Source of the DNA: Ignavibacteriota bacterium
GTDB taxonomy: Bacteria > Bacteroidota > Ignavibacteria > UBA10030
Direction of reading: 5' to 3'
DNA length: 64,000 nucleotides
Assembly (NCBI GenBank): GCA_963701295.1
Contig: OY969585.1
Location: forward strand, 1,184,001 to 1,248,000
Part shown: positions 10,756 to 20,269 of the stretch, piece after piece
Position numbering within the stretch: position 1 is the first letter of the stretch
Layout of the letters: each line of letters begins with the position of its first letter
Translations under genes and position numbers: made by a program
Notes under the pieces: model-generated
The model's input: the letters and a program-made list of their open reading frames with translations, nothing else
Told to the model about the DNA's origin: nothing
Databases searched by the model: none

Positions 10756-11460
10756 ATGAGCAAGCCTCGTGCGGTTGTTCTTGTAAGCGGAGGGATGGAT
10801 AGCTGTGTTACCGCTGCCATTGCCAATCTTGAATACAATCCAGCGTTTCTCCATATTAACTATGGACAGAGAACCGAGCGGCGGGAATTGAAAGCCTTCC
10901 ACGCGCTTGCCGATCATTTTGGTATTGGAAAACGTTTGATTGCCGAGCTTACACATTTGAACAAGATTGGCGGATCGAGCCTTACAGATAAAAATATCAG
11001 AATTACAAAAGCTGATCCGGAAAAACTTTTTCAAGCGGCAAAAAACGAGATTCCAACATCCTATGTCCCGTTTCGCAATGCGAATATTCTCTCCGTTGCA
11101 GTAAGTTGGGCGGAAGTTATCGGCGCTCAAAAAATATTTATCGGTGCAGTAGAGGAAGACAGTTCAGGATATCCCGACTGCCGGAAAGAATTCTATGATG
11201 CTTTCAATACCATGATCGATCTCGGAACAAAACCGGAAACAAAAATTGCCATCGTTACACCGGTAATTGACTTAAAAAAATCGGACATTGTGAAACGAGG
11301 AAAAGAATTAAAAGCGCCATTTGAATTAACGTGGTCGTGTTATAAAAATGAAGACATTGCGTGCGGTATTTGCGATAGCTGCGCATTACGTCTGCGTGCC
11401 TTCCAAATCGCAGGGATGGAAGATCCGATACCATATTTAATCAGGCCAAAATATTATTGA
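10756..11460 (+). CDS. queC: 7-cyano-7-deazaguanine synthase
   Basis: SGGMDS, YVPFRN, GYPDC, TWSCY...CGICDSC. Confidence 0.95.
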   Translation: MSKPRAVVLVSGGMDSCVTAAIANLEYNPAFLHINYGQRTERRELKAFHALADHFGIGKRLIAELTHLNKIGGSSLTDKNIRITKADPEKLFQAAKNEIPTSYVPFRNANILSVAVSWAEVIGAQKIFIGAVEEDSSGYPDCRKEFYDAFNTMIDLGTKPETKIAIVTPVIDLKKSDIVKRGKELKAPFELTWSCYKNEDIACGICDSCALRLRAFQIAGMEDPIPYLIRPKYY

Positions 11461-11485
11461 CTTAACCTTTTTCATCCAGTACTTT
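11457..11485 (+). promoter_or_regulatory. Putative sigma70-type promoter
   Basis: TTGACT-17 nt-TACTTT upstream of the zinc-ribbon membrane gene. Confidence 0.45.
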
Positions 11486-11540
11486 GTCTTATGCTAAAAA
11501 GATAAAAATATTTTTTAAATGATTTTTTTTGCGGGGTTCT

Positions 11541-12269
11541 ATGTTTCCGTCGGAAATTCTTCGCAATATTATCAAACTTTTCCAACTCCTCTCTCGTGGA
11601 TTCAAATCGAGTTTCTCGCTCAACCCATCAGAGAAAATTAAGAACCAGACCGGAGCCAATCGGCCGATCCCGGTTGCACACCGTAATATTTGTCCGCACT
11701 GCAAGCTTGATATTCCGGACGGCGCACGGGTCTGTCATCACTGTCATCAATTTGTGAGTGTACGATTCAATCTTGCGAATGTTATCACCATCATTGTATC
11801 TGTGGCAGCAGTTTCTATGTCGGTCTACTCGCTCTATATGACAGCTTCACAGGCACATGTAGCAAAGGATATTGAGAGCCGTCGCTTCCTCATCGAAACA
11901 CTCGACAATATGCATAAAACTCAGGGTGAACTGCAAGCATCAAGAGAAAAAGGAGGCGATGAAGACAATCTGAGCGAGAAAGAAATTTTACTTTTGAATT
12001 ACTACGAGGTTCTCTCCCGGACACTTGCACAGTACATCAAACTGGAACCGACGCTCTTCGTGAAGGCACGCTGCACGTACGAACCTTTCCTCCCGATTCG
12101 GCAAAGTCCCTCTGAAAAATCAAAAAAAATCGGCGCAGTATATAAAGATGAGGAAGTGTTTCGACTCGGTAAGTTTTCCTATGGGAGGAGCGAGGATTGG
12201 TACTATATTGCCAGCGCCGATCAGCAAAAAATTGGGTGGGTGCATAAATATCTAGAAATAGTGCAATAG
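11541..12269 (+). CDS. Hypothetical membrane protein: zinc ribbon, single TM, possible SH3b-like C-terminus
   Basis: CPHC...CHHC, hydrophobic helix VITIIVSVAAVSMSVYSLYM, C-terminal IRQSPS...IG...WYYI...IGWVHKYLE; start uncertain. Confidence 0.65.
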   Translation: MFPSEILRNIIKLFQLLSRGFKSSFSLNPSEKIKNQTGANRPIPVAHRNICPHCKLDIPDGARVCHHCHQFVSVRFNLANVITIIVSVAAVSMSVYSLYMTASQAHVAKDIESRRFLIETLDNMHKTQGELQASREKGGDEDNLSEKEILLLNYYEVLSRTLAQYIKLEPTLFVKARCTYEPFLPIRQSPSEKSKKIGAVYKDEEVFRLGKFSYGRSEDWYYIASADQQKIGWVHKYLEIVQ

Positions 12270-12277
12270 CGTCAGAA

Positions 12278-12328
12278 AAACCTTCGTAAGGTTTCTTATG
12301 ATAATCCTTTGAGAACTTTGCGAAGGGT
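12278..12328. repeat. Inverted REP-like palindrome pair between convergent genes
   Basis: AAACCTTCGTAAGGTTT, and AACTTTGCGAAGGGT (12/15 match to the first arm as reverse complement). Confidence 0.5.
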
Positions 12329-12335
12329 ATCTGGG

Positions 12336-12887
12336 TTACTCTCTCCACTTTATCGAACAGCCCATCGAGGGAATTTGTTTTAGCGCAATGGATTTTCCTT
12401 CGGCAAGATTAGCGATAGCATCCTTCAATTCTTCCTTCGTTACCTTCGATTCTTCTTGCCAGTTGTCATCAACGCGTCCGTGATACACAAGTTTTTGTTC
12501 AGTATCAAAGAGATAAATATCCGGTGTGCACCGTGCATCGAATGCCCGAGCAACCTTTTGGGTATCGTCAATAAGATATGGGAATGGAATTCCCCATTCT
12601 TTGATTTTCTTGTCCATCTCATCTGGTGCATCATCGGGATATTTGGGATTGATATTCGGGTTGATTGCCAGAACATTGATCTCTCGTTCCATTGCATATC
12701 GGCCTAAGCGGATCATCCGCGGCCACACCGCTTTTGCATAGGGACAATGATTGCAGGTGAAAACGACCAATAATCCTTTCTTTCCGACTGCATAATCACT
12801 TATATGGATAACACCATTGGGATCTTTTAAGATGAATTTCGGCATAATCATGCCAAGTGGAACATCTACTGATTCTAAAAGTGCCAT
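12336..12887 (-). CDS. Thioredoxin-fold (AhpC/TSA-like) protein
   Basis: FTCNHCPY, TPDIYLFD, YHGRVDD, SMGCSIKW. Confidence 0.92.
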   Translation of the reverse strand: MALLESVDVPLGMIMPKFILKDPNGVIHISDYAVGKKGLLVVFTCNHCPYAKAVWPRMIRLGRYAMEREINVLAINPNINPKYPDDAPDEMDKKIKEWGIPFPYLIDDTQKVARAFDARCTPDIYLFDTEQKLVYHGRVDDNWQEESKVTKEELKDAIANLAEGKSIALKQIPSMGCSIKWRE

Positions 12888-13125
12888 TGAATCTTCTCCT
12901 ATTTATAGATAGAACCATCATGAATCTAAAAAAAGTTTCCAAGAGTTGCAGGCGCTTGCAATTTATATGAAATTGGCTGACATTTAATCGTCTCTGAAAA
13001 ACTTCAGTTCCCAAAAAATGTGAATACGAACCGTTGAGTATTCAGTAATTCACTCATTGAATTGCATATCACACTGAACGGCCAATACATCAATCTGTCA
13101 ATCGAATTAACACATTGAGGCTCCA

Positions 13126-14835
13126 ATGAAACGTACTCCCAAGCTTAATAAAGTTCATCACATTGATTCTATCCAAGACATGCTCATCAAGTCTGCGGGT
13201 AAGCATGGTGATAAGCTTGCATTGGAAGATTTGAGGGACACACCTATTCCCAAGGCGAGCTATAACTCGCTGTTGAAGTATGTGCTGAAGTTCGGTACAG
13301 CGCTCCGTGAACTCGGACTCCCCGAGCGAAGTCATATTGCTGTCATCGGCGAGAACCGCGTGCAGTGGAGTATAACATATCTGACAGCCCTGTGCTTCAA
13401 TTATGTCATTGTTCCTATTGATGCCAAATTGAACACTAATGAAATCCTCAACATCATTTATGAATCCGATGCAAGCGCTATCGTTTTCTCCGAATCATTC
13501 GATACAATGCTTCGGGAAGAAAAACGTGCGCTGAAACATCTACGATATTATATCAACATGGATTTGCTAGCGAAGAGAGACGGATTTCTATCGATGCCGG
13601 AACTTATCAACAACAGCCGTGGCTGTACGGTCGATGCACTGCCGAGACTCGATCCAAAAGCTATGGCTGTCATTATTTTTACATCGGGTACACTGGGCAG
13701 AGCAAAAGGTGTCATGCTGAGTCAGCATAATCTTGCTGCAAACCTTATTGCGATGGTGAGTATGATGATGATTTATCCGCAGGACAGGTTTCTTTCCGTA
13801 CTGCCGATTCACCATACGTACGAATGTACATGTGGATTTCTTTGCCCGCTCTATGCAGGTGCTTCTGCACATTATGCTCGCTCACTCAAGACAGTCGTCG
13901 ATGATTTGCAACAGGTGAAGGCCACGATGCTGCTTGGCGTGCCTTTGTTGTTTGACAAAATGTTCAAACGCATTTATCATGCTATTAAAGAAAAGCGTAT
14001 TACGTCTATCATTGTTCCGCCGTTGATTAAGCTGACCGATGTTGTTGCCCGTTTCGGATGGAAGAGTGCAAAGAAAATTGTCTTCTCAGAAATCCACGAA
14101 AAATTCGGCGGGCATATTCGTGCATTCATCGCCGGTGGTGCTGCGCCCGATCCGATGGTGGCAAAGGGTCTCCGGGATTTGGGATTCACATTCGTGCAAG
14201 GCTATGGTTTGACAGAAACATCTCCGATTCTTGCACTCAATCAACTCGACAATTTCAAAGATGAAGCAGCGGGCTTACCTTTACCCGGCGTAGAACTCCG
14301 TATCGACTCAAAGAGTGAAGACAATGTTGGCGAAGTGTTGGCAAAAGGAGCGAATGTGATGATGGGCTTTTATAAAAACGAGCGGGCTACAAAAGAGGCA
14401 TTTGAAAATGGCTGGTTCAAAACTGGCGATCTCGGTTTCATCGACAGCGACGGCTTTCTCCATATTTGCGGACGGAAGAAAAACGTAATCATCTCCCGCA
14501 GCGGTAAAAATGTATATCCCGAAGAAATCGAAGATATCCTTCAGCGCAGCCCCTTTGTGCAGGAATGTCTCGTGTATGGTGAAGACGATCCAAAATTAGA
14601 TGAAATCATTTCTGCACAGATCGTAGTAGATGCAGAGGCATTCATCGAGTTATCCGAATCGCGCGGTGTGCAGATCACTCCTGAGCTTATTAACGAAATA
14701 CTCAGCGAAGAAGTAAAGAAAGCAAACGCAGAGCTCTCAAGCTTTAAACAAATTAGAAAATTCACCGTCCGTGAACAGGAGTTTGAGAAAACCACAACAC
14801 AAAAAATTAAGCGATATTTAGCGTTGCCAAAGTAA
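13126..14835 (+). CDS. Long-chain fatty acid--CoA ligase (AMP-binding)
   Basis: FTSGTLGRAKG, QGYGLTETSP, TGDLG, GRKKNVI. Confidence 0.92.
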   Translation: MKRTPKLNKVHHIDSIQDMLIKSAGKHGDKLALEDLRDTPIPKASYNSLLKYVLKFGTALRELGLPERSHIAVIGENRVQWSITYLTALCFNYVIVPIDAKLNTNEILNIIYESDASAIVFSESFDTMLREEKRALKHLRYYINMDLLAKRDGFLSMPELINNSRGCTVDALPRLDPKAMAVIIFTSGTLGRAKGVMLSQHNLAANLIAMVSMMMIYPQDRFLSVLPIHHTYECTCGFLCPLYAGASAHYARSLKTVVDDLQQVKATMLLGVPLLFDKMFKRIYHAIKEKRITSIIVPPLIKLTDVVARFGWKSAKKIVFSEIHEKFGGHIRAFIAGGAAPDPMVAKGLRDLGFTFVQGYGLTETSPILALNQLDNFKDEAAGLPLPGVELRIDSKSEDNVGEVLAKGANVMMGFYKNERATKEAFENGWFKTGDLGFIDSDGFLHICGRKKNVIISRSGKNVYPEEIEDILQRSPFVQECLVYGEDDPKLDEIISAQIVVDAEAFIELSESRGVQITPELINEILSEEVKKANAELSSFKQIRKFTVREQEFEKTTTQKIKRYLALPK

Positions 14836-14928
14836 CATGCATAGTTACAACAATAAAAGGAAGTAGAACATTTAAGTTACTCGTTATTTCTAATTCATAA
14901 ATCACATCACAAATCATCGGAGGATGTT

Positions 14929-15387
14929 ATGGCAGCATCCGTTGTTCATTGGGAAATTTCTGCAATAAATTCAAAACTCTTGCAGGACTTTTATTCTAAC
15001 CTTTTCGGCTGGAATATTAATGCCGATAATCCACAACAATATGGGATGGTAGATACTGGTTTGAAAATGGGGATCAATGGAGGGATTTATCCGGGAACCG
15101 AGCAGCAGCCACATGGTGTCGTCGTCTATACCCAAGTTGAAGAAATACAAACATATTTGGATAAAGCCGTTGGCCTTGGTGGAAAAGTTATTCTCCCAAT
15201 CACTGAAATTCCCAATATGGTTACCTATGCAATGTTTGCAGATGTAGAAGGGAATATTATGGGTTTAATTAAAGGACCTCAGAGCGTACCGGAAAAATCA
15301 AAGAAAAAGAGATCAATGCGTAAACAAAAAAAGAGTAGAAAGGCGCTGAAGGTGAGGCGGGTAACAAAGAAGAAGGCACGCAGATAA
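14929..15387 (+). CDS. VOC/glyoxalase family protein with basic C-terminal tail
   Basis: VVHWEI, FYSNLFGW, GINGGI, AMFADVEGN; K/R-rich final ~30 aa. Confidence 0.88.
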   Translation: MAASVVHWEISAINSKLLQDFYSNLFGWNINADNPQQYGMVDTGLKMGINGGIYPGTEQQPHGVVVYTQVEEIQTYLDKAVGLGGKVILPITEIPNMVTYAMFADVEGNIMGLIKGPQSVPEKSKKKRSMRKQKKSRKALKVRRVTKKKARR

Positions 15388-15399
15388 TTCAGTTATATG

Positions 15400-15435
15400 A
15401 CCTTGCAAAAGCTAAATCTTTTGCAAGGTTTTTTT
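15400..15435 (+). terminator. Intrinsic terminator
   Basis: 12-bp stem ACCTTGCAAAAG / CTTTTGCAAGGT followed by a T run. Confidence 0.75.
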
Positions 15436-15437
15436 AT

Positions 15438-16595
15438 ATGGGGAAAGAAAAGAAATACATAGCCCATCTCGATCTCGATTGTTTTTTCGTTTCTGTTGAG
15501 CGCATTAAAAATCCCGATCTCATCGGTAAACTGGTTGTTGTTGGCGGCAGCGCAACCGGACGAGGCGTTGTCGCTTCCGCATCGTATGAAGCACGGAAGT
15601 TCGGTATCCATTCTGCCATGCCCACTGCACGAGCACAGAAACTGTGTCCCAACCTCATCGTTGTACGGGGAAGTCACGGCGAATACAGCTCTATCTCTCA
15701 AAGACTCTTTGAACGAATGTGTGAGCTAGCTCCCATCGTTGAACGTGCCTCCATCGATGAGATGAACATGGATTTCACCGGCTGTGAAAACCTGTACAAC
15801 AACGATCTTCCGGGATTTATGAAAACCATACAAAAGCTCGTGCTGAACGAATTTCAACTCCCCTGCACCATCGGACTCGCTTCCAACACCACTATTGCAA
15901 AGATTGCAGCAAATCGTGTAAAGCCCGCCGGTGTTATTTTTGTGCCGCATGGGAAAGAAGTCGAATACTTAGCGCCGTTCGATATTAGTGTTATTCCCGG
16001 CATCGGAAAAAAGACAGAAGAATATTTAAGAGGCAAAGGATTCCATACTGTTGCTGACATCCAGTCTAAGTCTGAGAACGAATTGTTGTCTCTTCTCGGT
16101 AAACATGGATCTTGGATTTTTCATGCCGCCAATGGACATGGTTCGGATATTATCGGAGAAGAATGGAATGCAAAGAGCATTTCACGTGAAGAAACCTTTG
16201 CAAAAGATATCGCTGACCGGAAAGAACTTGAAAAGGTCGTCTTCGAATTGACCGAGGATGTATGCCGGCAGCTCCGCGCCCATGGATGGAAGACGCATAC
16301 CGTAACACTCAAGCTCCGCTCTTCCGACTTCAAAACGATCAGTCGCGCAAAGAGCATCGACCCAACGAATGATGATACCATTGTCTCACGTGTGGCACGA
16401 GAACTTCTTCAATCCTCCTACACAGGAAAACTGCCGGTTCGACTTATTGGAGTGCGGCTTTCTAACTTCGATGAAGAAGAACAACTCAAACTCTCCCTTT
16501 TCCCATCGGATCAGAAGAAACAAAATATCCTCTGCGCCGTGGATTCCATACGAAAGAAATTTGGGGATAACGTCATTCACGTAGGCGGAGAGTAG
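15438..16595 (+). CDS. dinB: DNA polymerase IV (Y family)
   Basis: HLDLDCFFVSVE, ASYEARKFGIHSAMP, SIDE, little-finger SISREETF and VRLIGV. Confidence 0.95.
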   Translation: MGKEKKYIAHLDLDCFFVSVERIKNPDLIGKLVVVGGSATGRGVVASASYEARKFGIHSAMPTARAQKLCPNLIVVRGSHGEYSSISQRLFERMCELAPIVERASIDEMNMDFTGCENLYNNDLPGFMKTIQKLVLNEFQLPCTIGLASNTTIAKIAANRVKPAGVIFVPHGKEVEYLAPFDISVIPGIGKKTEEYLRGKGFHTVADIQSKSENELLSLLGKHGSWIFHAANGHGSDIIGEEWNAKSISREETFAKDIADRKELEKVVFELTEDVCRQLRAHGWKTHTVTLKLRSSDFKTISRAKSIDPTNDDTIVSRVARELLQSSYTGKLPVRLIGVRLSNFDEEEQLKLSLFPSDQKKQNILCAVDSIRKKFGDNVIHVGGE

Positions 16596-16625
16596 CGTAG
16601 GGATATTCAATCGACCATCCCTACG
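16596..16625. repeat. GTAG-type REP-like hairpin, possible terminator
   Basis: CGTAGGGAT...ATCCCTACG 9-bp inverted repeat immediately after the dinB stop. Confidence 0.5.
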
Positions 16626-16677
16626 AAGCACACAACCTTTTTGGCTTCCTTCCAACAAAAGCGTATCTTACGAATGT

Positions 16678-17520
16678 ATGGGACGATTTAAGTTTATTAT
16701 TGAATATGAAGGAACACGCTTCAGCGGCTGGCAGGTACAAAAGAATGCCCGCACTGTTCAAGGAGAAATCAACGCCGCCATAGGCAAAGTTTTTGGCACA
16801 CATAATTTTGAATTTTATGGTTCAGGCCGCACAGATGCCGGTGTTCATGCATTACAACAAGCAGCGCACCTTGAGATTAAAACGATGCTGGCACCGGAAA
16901 TCATCCGGGTGAAGCTGAATGACGAACTTCCCGCCGACATCAACATTATTGAAATCGAAAAAGCTTTTGCCGATTTCCATGCTCGACACGATGCCTTGGC
17001 GCGAAGTTATCTCTACCAAATCTCACGAAGGCGGACGGCGTTCGGCAAAAAGTTCGTATGGTGGGTCAAAGACCCGCTCGATGTGACAAAGATGCGGCAA
17101 ACAGCTGAGTTGTTCCAAGGGCTCAAGGATTTCCAATCCTTCACCGTAGACGATCCGGAAGAAAAATCTACGAAAGTGTATATTAACTCGATAGATATTC
17201 AACAGGCAGGCGATTTAATTCTTGTACGCATTGTCGGATCGCATTTTATATGGAAGATGATTCGTCAAATCGTTGGTGTACTGGTAGAAGTTGGGCGCGG
17301 AAAAATGCCGCTTAACGATGTAAAGAAATTTCTTCATACTCAATCGGATGAACCGGCAAAGCTTACGGCTCCGCCATCGGGATTGTTCCTTGAGCGCGTC
17401 TATTATAAAGGAGATATATGGTTAAAGGAATTAAAGCCGATGATGGAAATTTCCACAAAGCTATCCATGAAGTTCATAAAGAAACAAGAAAAAATACCAG
17501 GGAAGGATGAAAAAGAATAA
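16678..17520 (+). CDS. truA: tRNA pseudouridine(38-40) synthase
   Basis: YEGTRFSGWQ, GSGRTDAGVHA, FHARH, TAPPSGLFL. Confidence 0.95.
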   Translation: MGRFKFIIEYEGTRFSGWQVQKNARTVQGEINAAIGKVFGTHNFEFYGSGRTDAGVHALQQAAHLEIKTMLAPEIIRVKLNDELPADINIIEIEKAFADFHARHDALARSYLYQISRRRTAFGKKFVWWVKDPLDVTKMRQTAELFQGLKDFQSFTVDDPEEKSTKVYINSIDIQQAGDLILVRIVGSHFIWKMIRQIVGVLVEVGRGKMPLNDVKKFLHTQSDEPAKLTAPPSGLFLERVYYKGDIWLKELKPMMEISTKLSMKFIKKQEKIPGKDEKE

Positions 17521-17704
17521 AAAGGAAAAACCAGCGATATCCTCTATGGATACCCTTCCGCTTTTTTGCGATTTTTCATGTTCGTACGCAGGATTTGCAC
17601 AACCGGATGCTATCGGGGCTTGCAGACGTGATCTCGCAGTGTACTGCAAGAAGTTTAAGAAATACAACAATAAAAATTCTCACTGCGTCGGGAGAAAATC
17701 ATAA
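17507..17704 (+). CDS. Small Cys-rich hypothetical protein
   Basis: 65 aa with five Cys (CDFSC, GAC, YC, HC); overlaps the end of truA and has a GGAAGG RBS-like sequence. Confidence 0.6.
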   Translation: MKKNKKEKPAISSMDTLPLFCDFSCSYAGFAQPDAIGACRRDLAVYCKKFKKYNNKNSHCVGRKS

Positions 17705-17773
17705 CATCACATCAATTCTTCATTCTGGCAATAAGCTTCCTTTTTGCTCTGTGCGGTAAGAAGAAGAAAGAAC

Positions 17774-19015
17774 ATGCCCCAGCATCTCAATAAAGAACTG
17801 AACAGCATTGCGGAACCGTACACTAAGCTTGTACTCGCTGTGGGTCAACACGATGCAGATTATGTTGATGCGTACTATGGGCCTAAAGAATGGTCTGAGG
17901 AAGCAAAAACCGAGAAGAAACCGCTCAGCACCATCAAGGAAGCAGCACTCCTGCTTAAAACAAGGCTCGATGAAATTGACATTGCTCGGAACGAAGATAT
18001 CCTTTATCTCCGCCATCAGTATTTACAGAAACAAATTGCATCGCTGATCTCTCGGGTCGAAGCACTCAACGGCAAGAAGCTTTCCTTCGACGAAGAGGCA
18101 AAAGCGTATTATGATGTCGAACCGCCTTTTTTCCCCGAGGAGCATTTCCAGAAACTTGTAAGTGAGTTAAACTCATTAGTACCAGGCAAGGGAGCGATTC
18201 CCGAACGTGTCGAAACCTTTCGCCGGCAATTTACAATTACTCCCGACAGGATCGACAAGGTATTCAGTGCAGCAATTTATGAATGCCGCCAGAGAACAAA
18301 GAAATATATCGACCTTCCTGATAATGAAACATTCCGATTGGAATACGTTCACAACAAATCATGGAGCGGGTACAATTGGTATAAAGGAAACAACGAAAGC
18401 CTGATTCAAATCAACATCGACCTGCCGATCTTTTTGGAACGTGCCATTGACCTTGCGGCGCACGAAGGGTATCCGGGACACCACGTTTATAATTGTTTAT
18501 TAGAGACTGCGTTTGTGCGCAAATGTGGCTGGGTGGAATTTACAGTTTATCCACTCTTCAGTTCACAGTCGCTTATTGCGGAAGGAACAGCGAACTTCGG
18601 TATAGAGGTCGCATTCCCCGGGAAGGAACGAATGGAATTCGAACGCTCCATGCTCTTCCCGCTCGCCGGACTCGATAAAGATCAAGCAGAAAATTATTCC
18701 AAGGTACAAGCACTCGCCGAAAAACTCAGTTATGCCGGCAATGAAGCCGCACGCCGTTATCTGAACGCCGAAATGTCACGCAAAGACGCAGTTCAGTGGC
18801 TTGTCAACTATGCGCTGATGTCGCCGGAACGCGCACAACAACGCACGCGTTTCTTCGACCAGTATCGCAGTTACGTCATCAATTATAATTTCGGCATGGA
18901 TTTGGTACGTCGGTACATTGAACGGCGCGGTGGCACAGAAGACAAACCGGAAAAACGCTGGGAAGAATTCACGAAACTCATTTCATCACCGCGATTGCCT
19001 TCGGGATTGCTCTAG
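17774..19015 (+). CDS. DUF885-like putative zinc metallopeptidase
   Basis: AHEGYPGHH motif with downstream AEG; ATG at 17774 taken as the likely start. Confidence 0.7.
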   Translation: MPQHLNKELNSIAEPYTKLVLAVGQHDADYVDAYYGPKEWSEEAKTEKKPLSTIKEAALLLKTRLDEIDIARNEDILYLRHQYLQKQIASLISRVEALNGKKLSFDEEAKAYYDVEPPFFPEEHFQKLVSELNSLVPGKGAIPERVETFRRQFTITPDRIDKVFSAAIYECRQRTKKYIDLPDNETFRLEYVHNKSWSGYNWYKGNNESLIQINIDLPIFLERAIDLAAHEGYPGHHVYNCLLETAFVRKCGWVEFTVYPLFSSQSLIAEGTANFGIEVAFPGKERMEFERSMLFPLAGLDKDQAENYSKVQALAEKLSYAGNEAARRYLNAEMSRKDAVQWLVNYALMSPERAQQRTRFFDQYRSYVINYNFGMDLVRRYIERRGGTEDKPEKRWEEFTKLISSPRLPSGLL

Positions 19016-20269
19016 ATGTCGCCAGTCAAATCAAAAATACCAAAAGAAGAACGTCCATACCTCGACCGCCTCTTGGACGAAATTCGTTATCGGATATCCG
19101 GAGTAGAAGACATCGATGTAGCGAGTCAATCCATACCGCGCTATACCGGAGAGTTCTGGACATCGAAACAACGGCAGGCGCACTCACTGCATGAAGTCTC
19201 GTACCGGGCATGCTTCAAACCTCAGCTTCCAAACTTCTTTATAGAATATCTGACAAAAGAAGGCGATATCGTGTACGATCCCTTCAGCGGACGCGGCACA
19301 ACCGCATTAGAAGCGGGTTTAATGGGCAGAAAAGTCATCGCGAACGATATCAATCCCTTGAGTACTCTTCTGAGCAAACCCAGGTTTTTTCCACCATTGC
19401 TTGAAGAATTGATGAAACGATTGGATAGTATTCCTATCGATGAAAACGAAGATGCAGACATCAATCTTTCGATGTTCTTTCATCCAAAGACCGAAGCAGA
19501 AATTGTTTCCATGAAAAACTATCTCACCGAACGCCGCGAGAGCGGAACGGAAGACAACATCGATCGGTGGATCCGGATGGTCGCGACCAATCGATTGACG
19601 GGACATTCCAAGGGATTTTTTTCCGTGTATACACTGCCACCAAATCAAGCCGTAAGTGCTGACAGCCAGCGAAAAATCAATGTGAAGATGCAACAAACTC
19701 CCGAGCATCGGGATACTCGTGTCATCATATTTAAAAAATCCAAGACACTACTGAGTGATATAACAACAGAGGAACGCATTCTTCTTCAAAAAACCGGTGC
19801 AGATGCATGTTTCTTCACATCTGATGCACGAGAAACGAAAACGATTTCTGCCAACTCTATTCAGCTTACCGTAACTTCTCCGCCCTTCCTCGATGTGGTA
19901 GATTACGTACAGGACAACTGGTTGCGCTGTTGGTTCAATGATCTCGATGCGGCAGAAGCTGCGAAAACAATTACTATGGCACGAACACTGGAGGATTGGT
20001 CTGCAGTAATGTTTGGAGTCTTTCGTGAGCTGTATCGCATAACAAAACCGCGTGGATTCGTAGCATTTGAAGTCGGTGAAGTGCGAAATAATAAAATACG
20101 TTTAGATGAACATGTGGTGCCACTCGGAGTAAAGGCAGGATTTTCGTGCATTGGGATAGTCATTAACGAACAGTACTTCACCAAAACATCGAATATCTGG
20201 GGCGTCGATAACAACGAAAAAGGTACAAATTCCAACCGGATTGTGCTTTTCAGGAAGGAGACAAAATGA
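19016..20269 (+). CDS. Orphan amino-DNA methyltransferase (probably N4-cytosine)
   Basis: SAM-binding motif I DPFSGRGTT near the N-terminus and catalytic motif IV TSPPF near the C-terminus. Confidence 0.85.
   Translation: MSPVKSKIPKEERPYLDRLLDEIRYRISGVEDIDVASQSIPRYTGEFWTSKQRQAHSLHEVSYRACFKPQLPNFFIEYLTKEGDIVYDPFSGRGTTALEAGLMGRKVIANDINPLSTLLSKPRFFPPLLEELMKRLDSIPIDENEDADINLSMFFHPKTEAEIVSMKNYLTERRESGTEDNIDRWIRMVATNRLTGHSKGFFSVYTLPPNQAVSADSQRKINVKMQQTPEHRDTRVIIFKKSKTLLSDITTEERILLQKTGADACFFTSDARETKTISANSIQLTVTSPPFLDVVDYVQDNWLRCWFNDLDAAEAAKTITMARTLEDWSAVMFGVFRELYRITKPRGFVAFEVGEVRNNKIRLDEHVVPLGVKAGFSCIGIVINEQYFTKTSNIWGVDNNEKGTNSNRIVLFRKETK

Noticed and set aside
9340-20269. que genes plus a DNA methyltransferase as a 7-deazaguanine DNA-modification (dpd) or defence system
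   Set aside because: No DpdA/TGT-like gene in the window; queF points to tRNA queuosine synthesis; the MTase is over 7 kb away among unrelated genes
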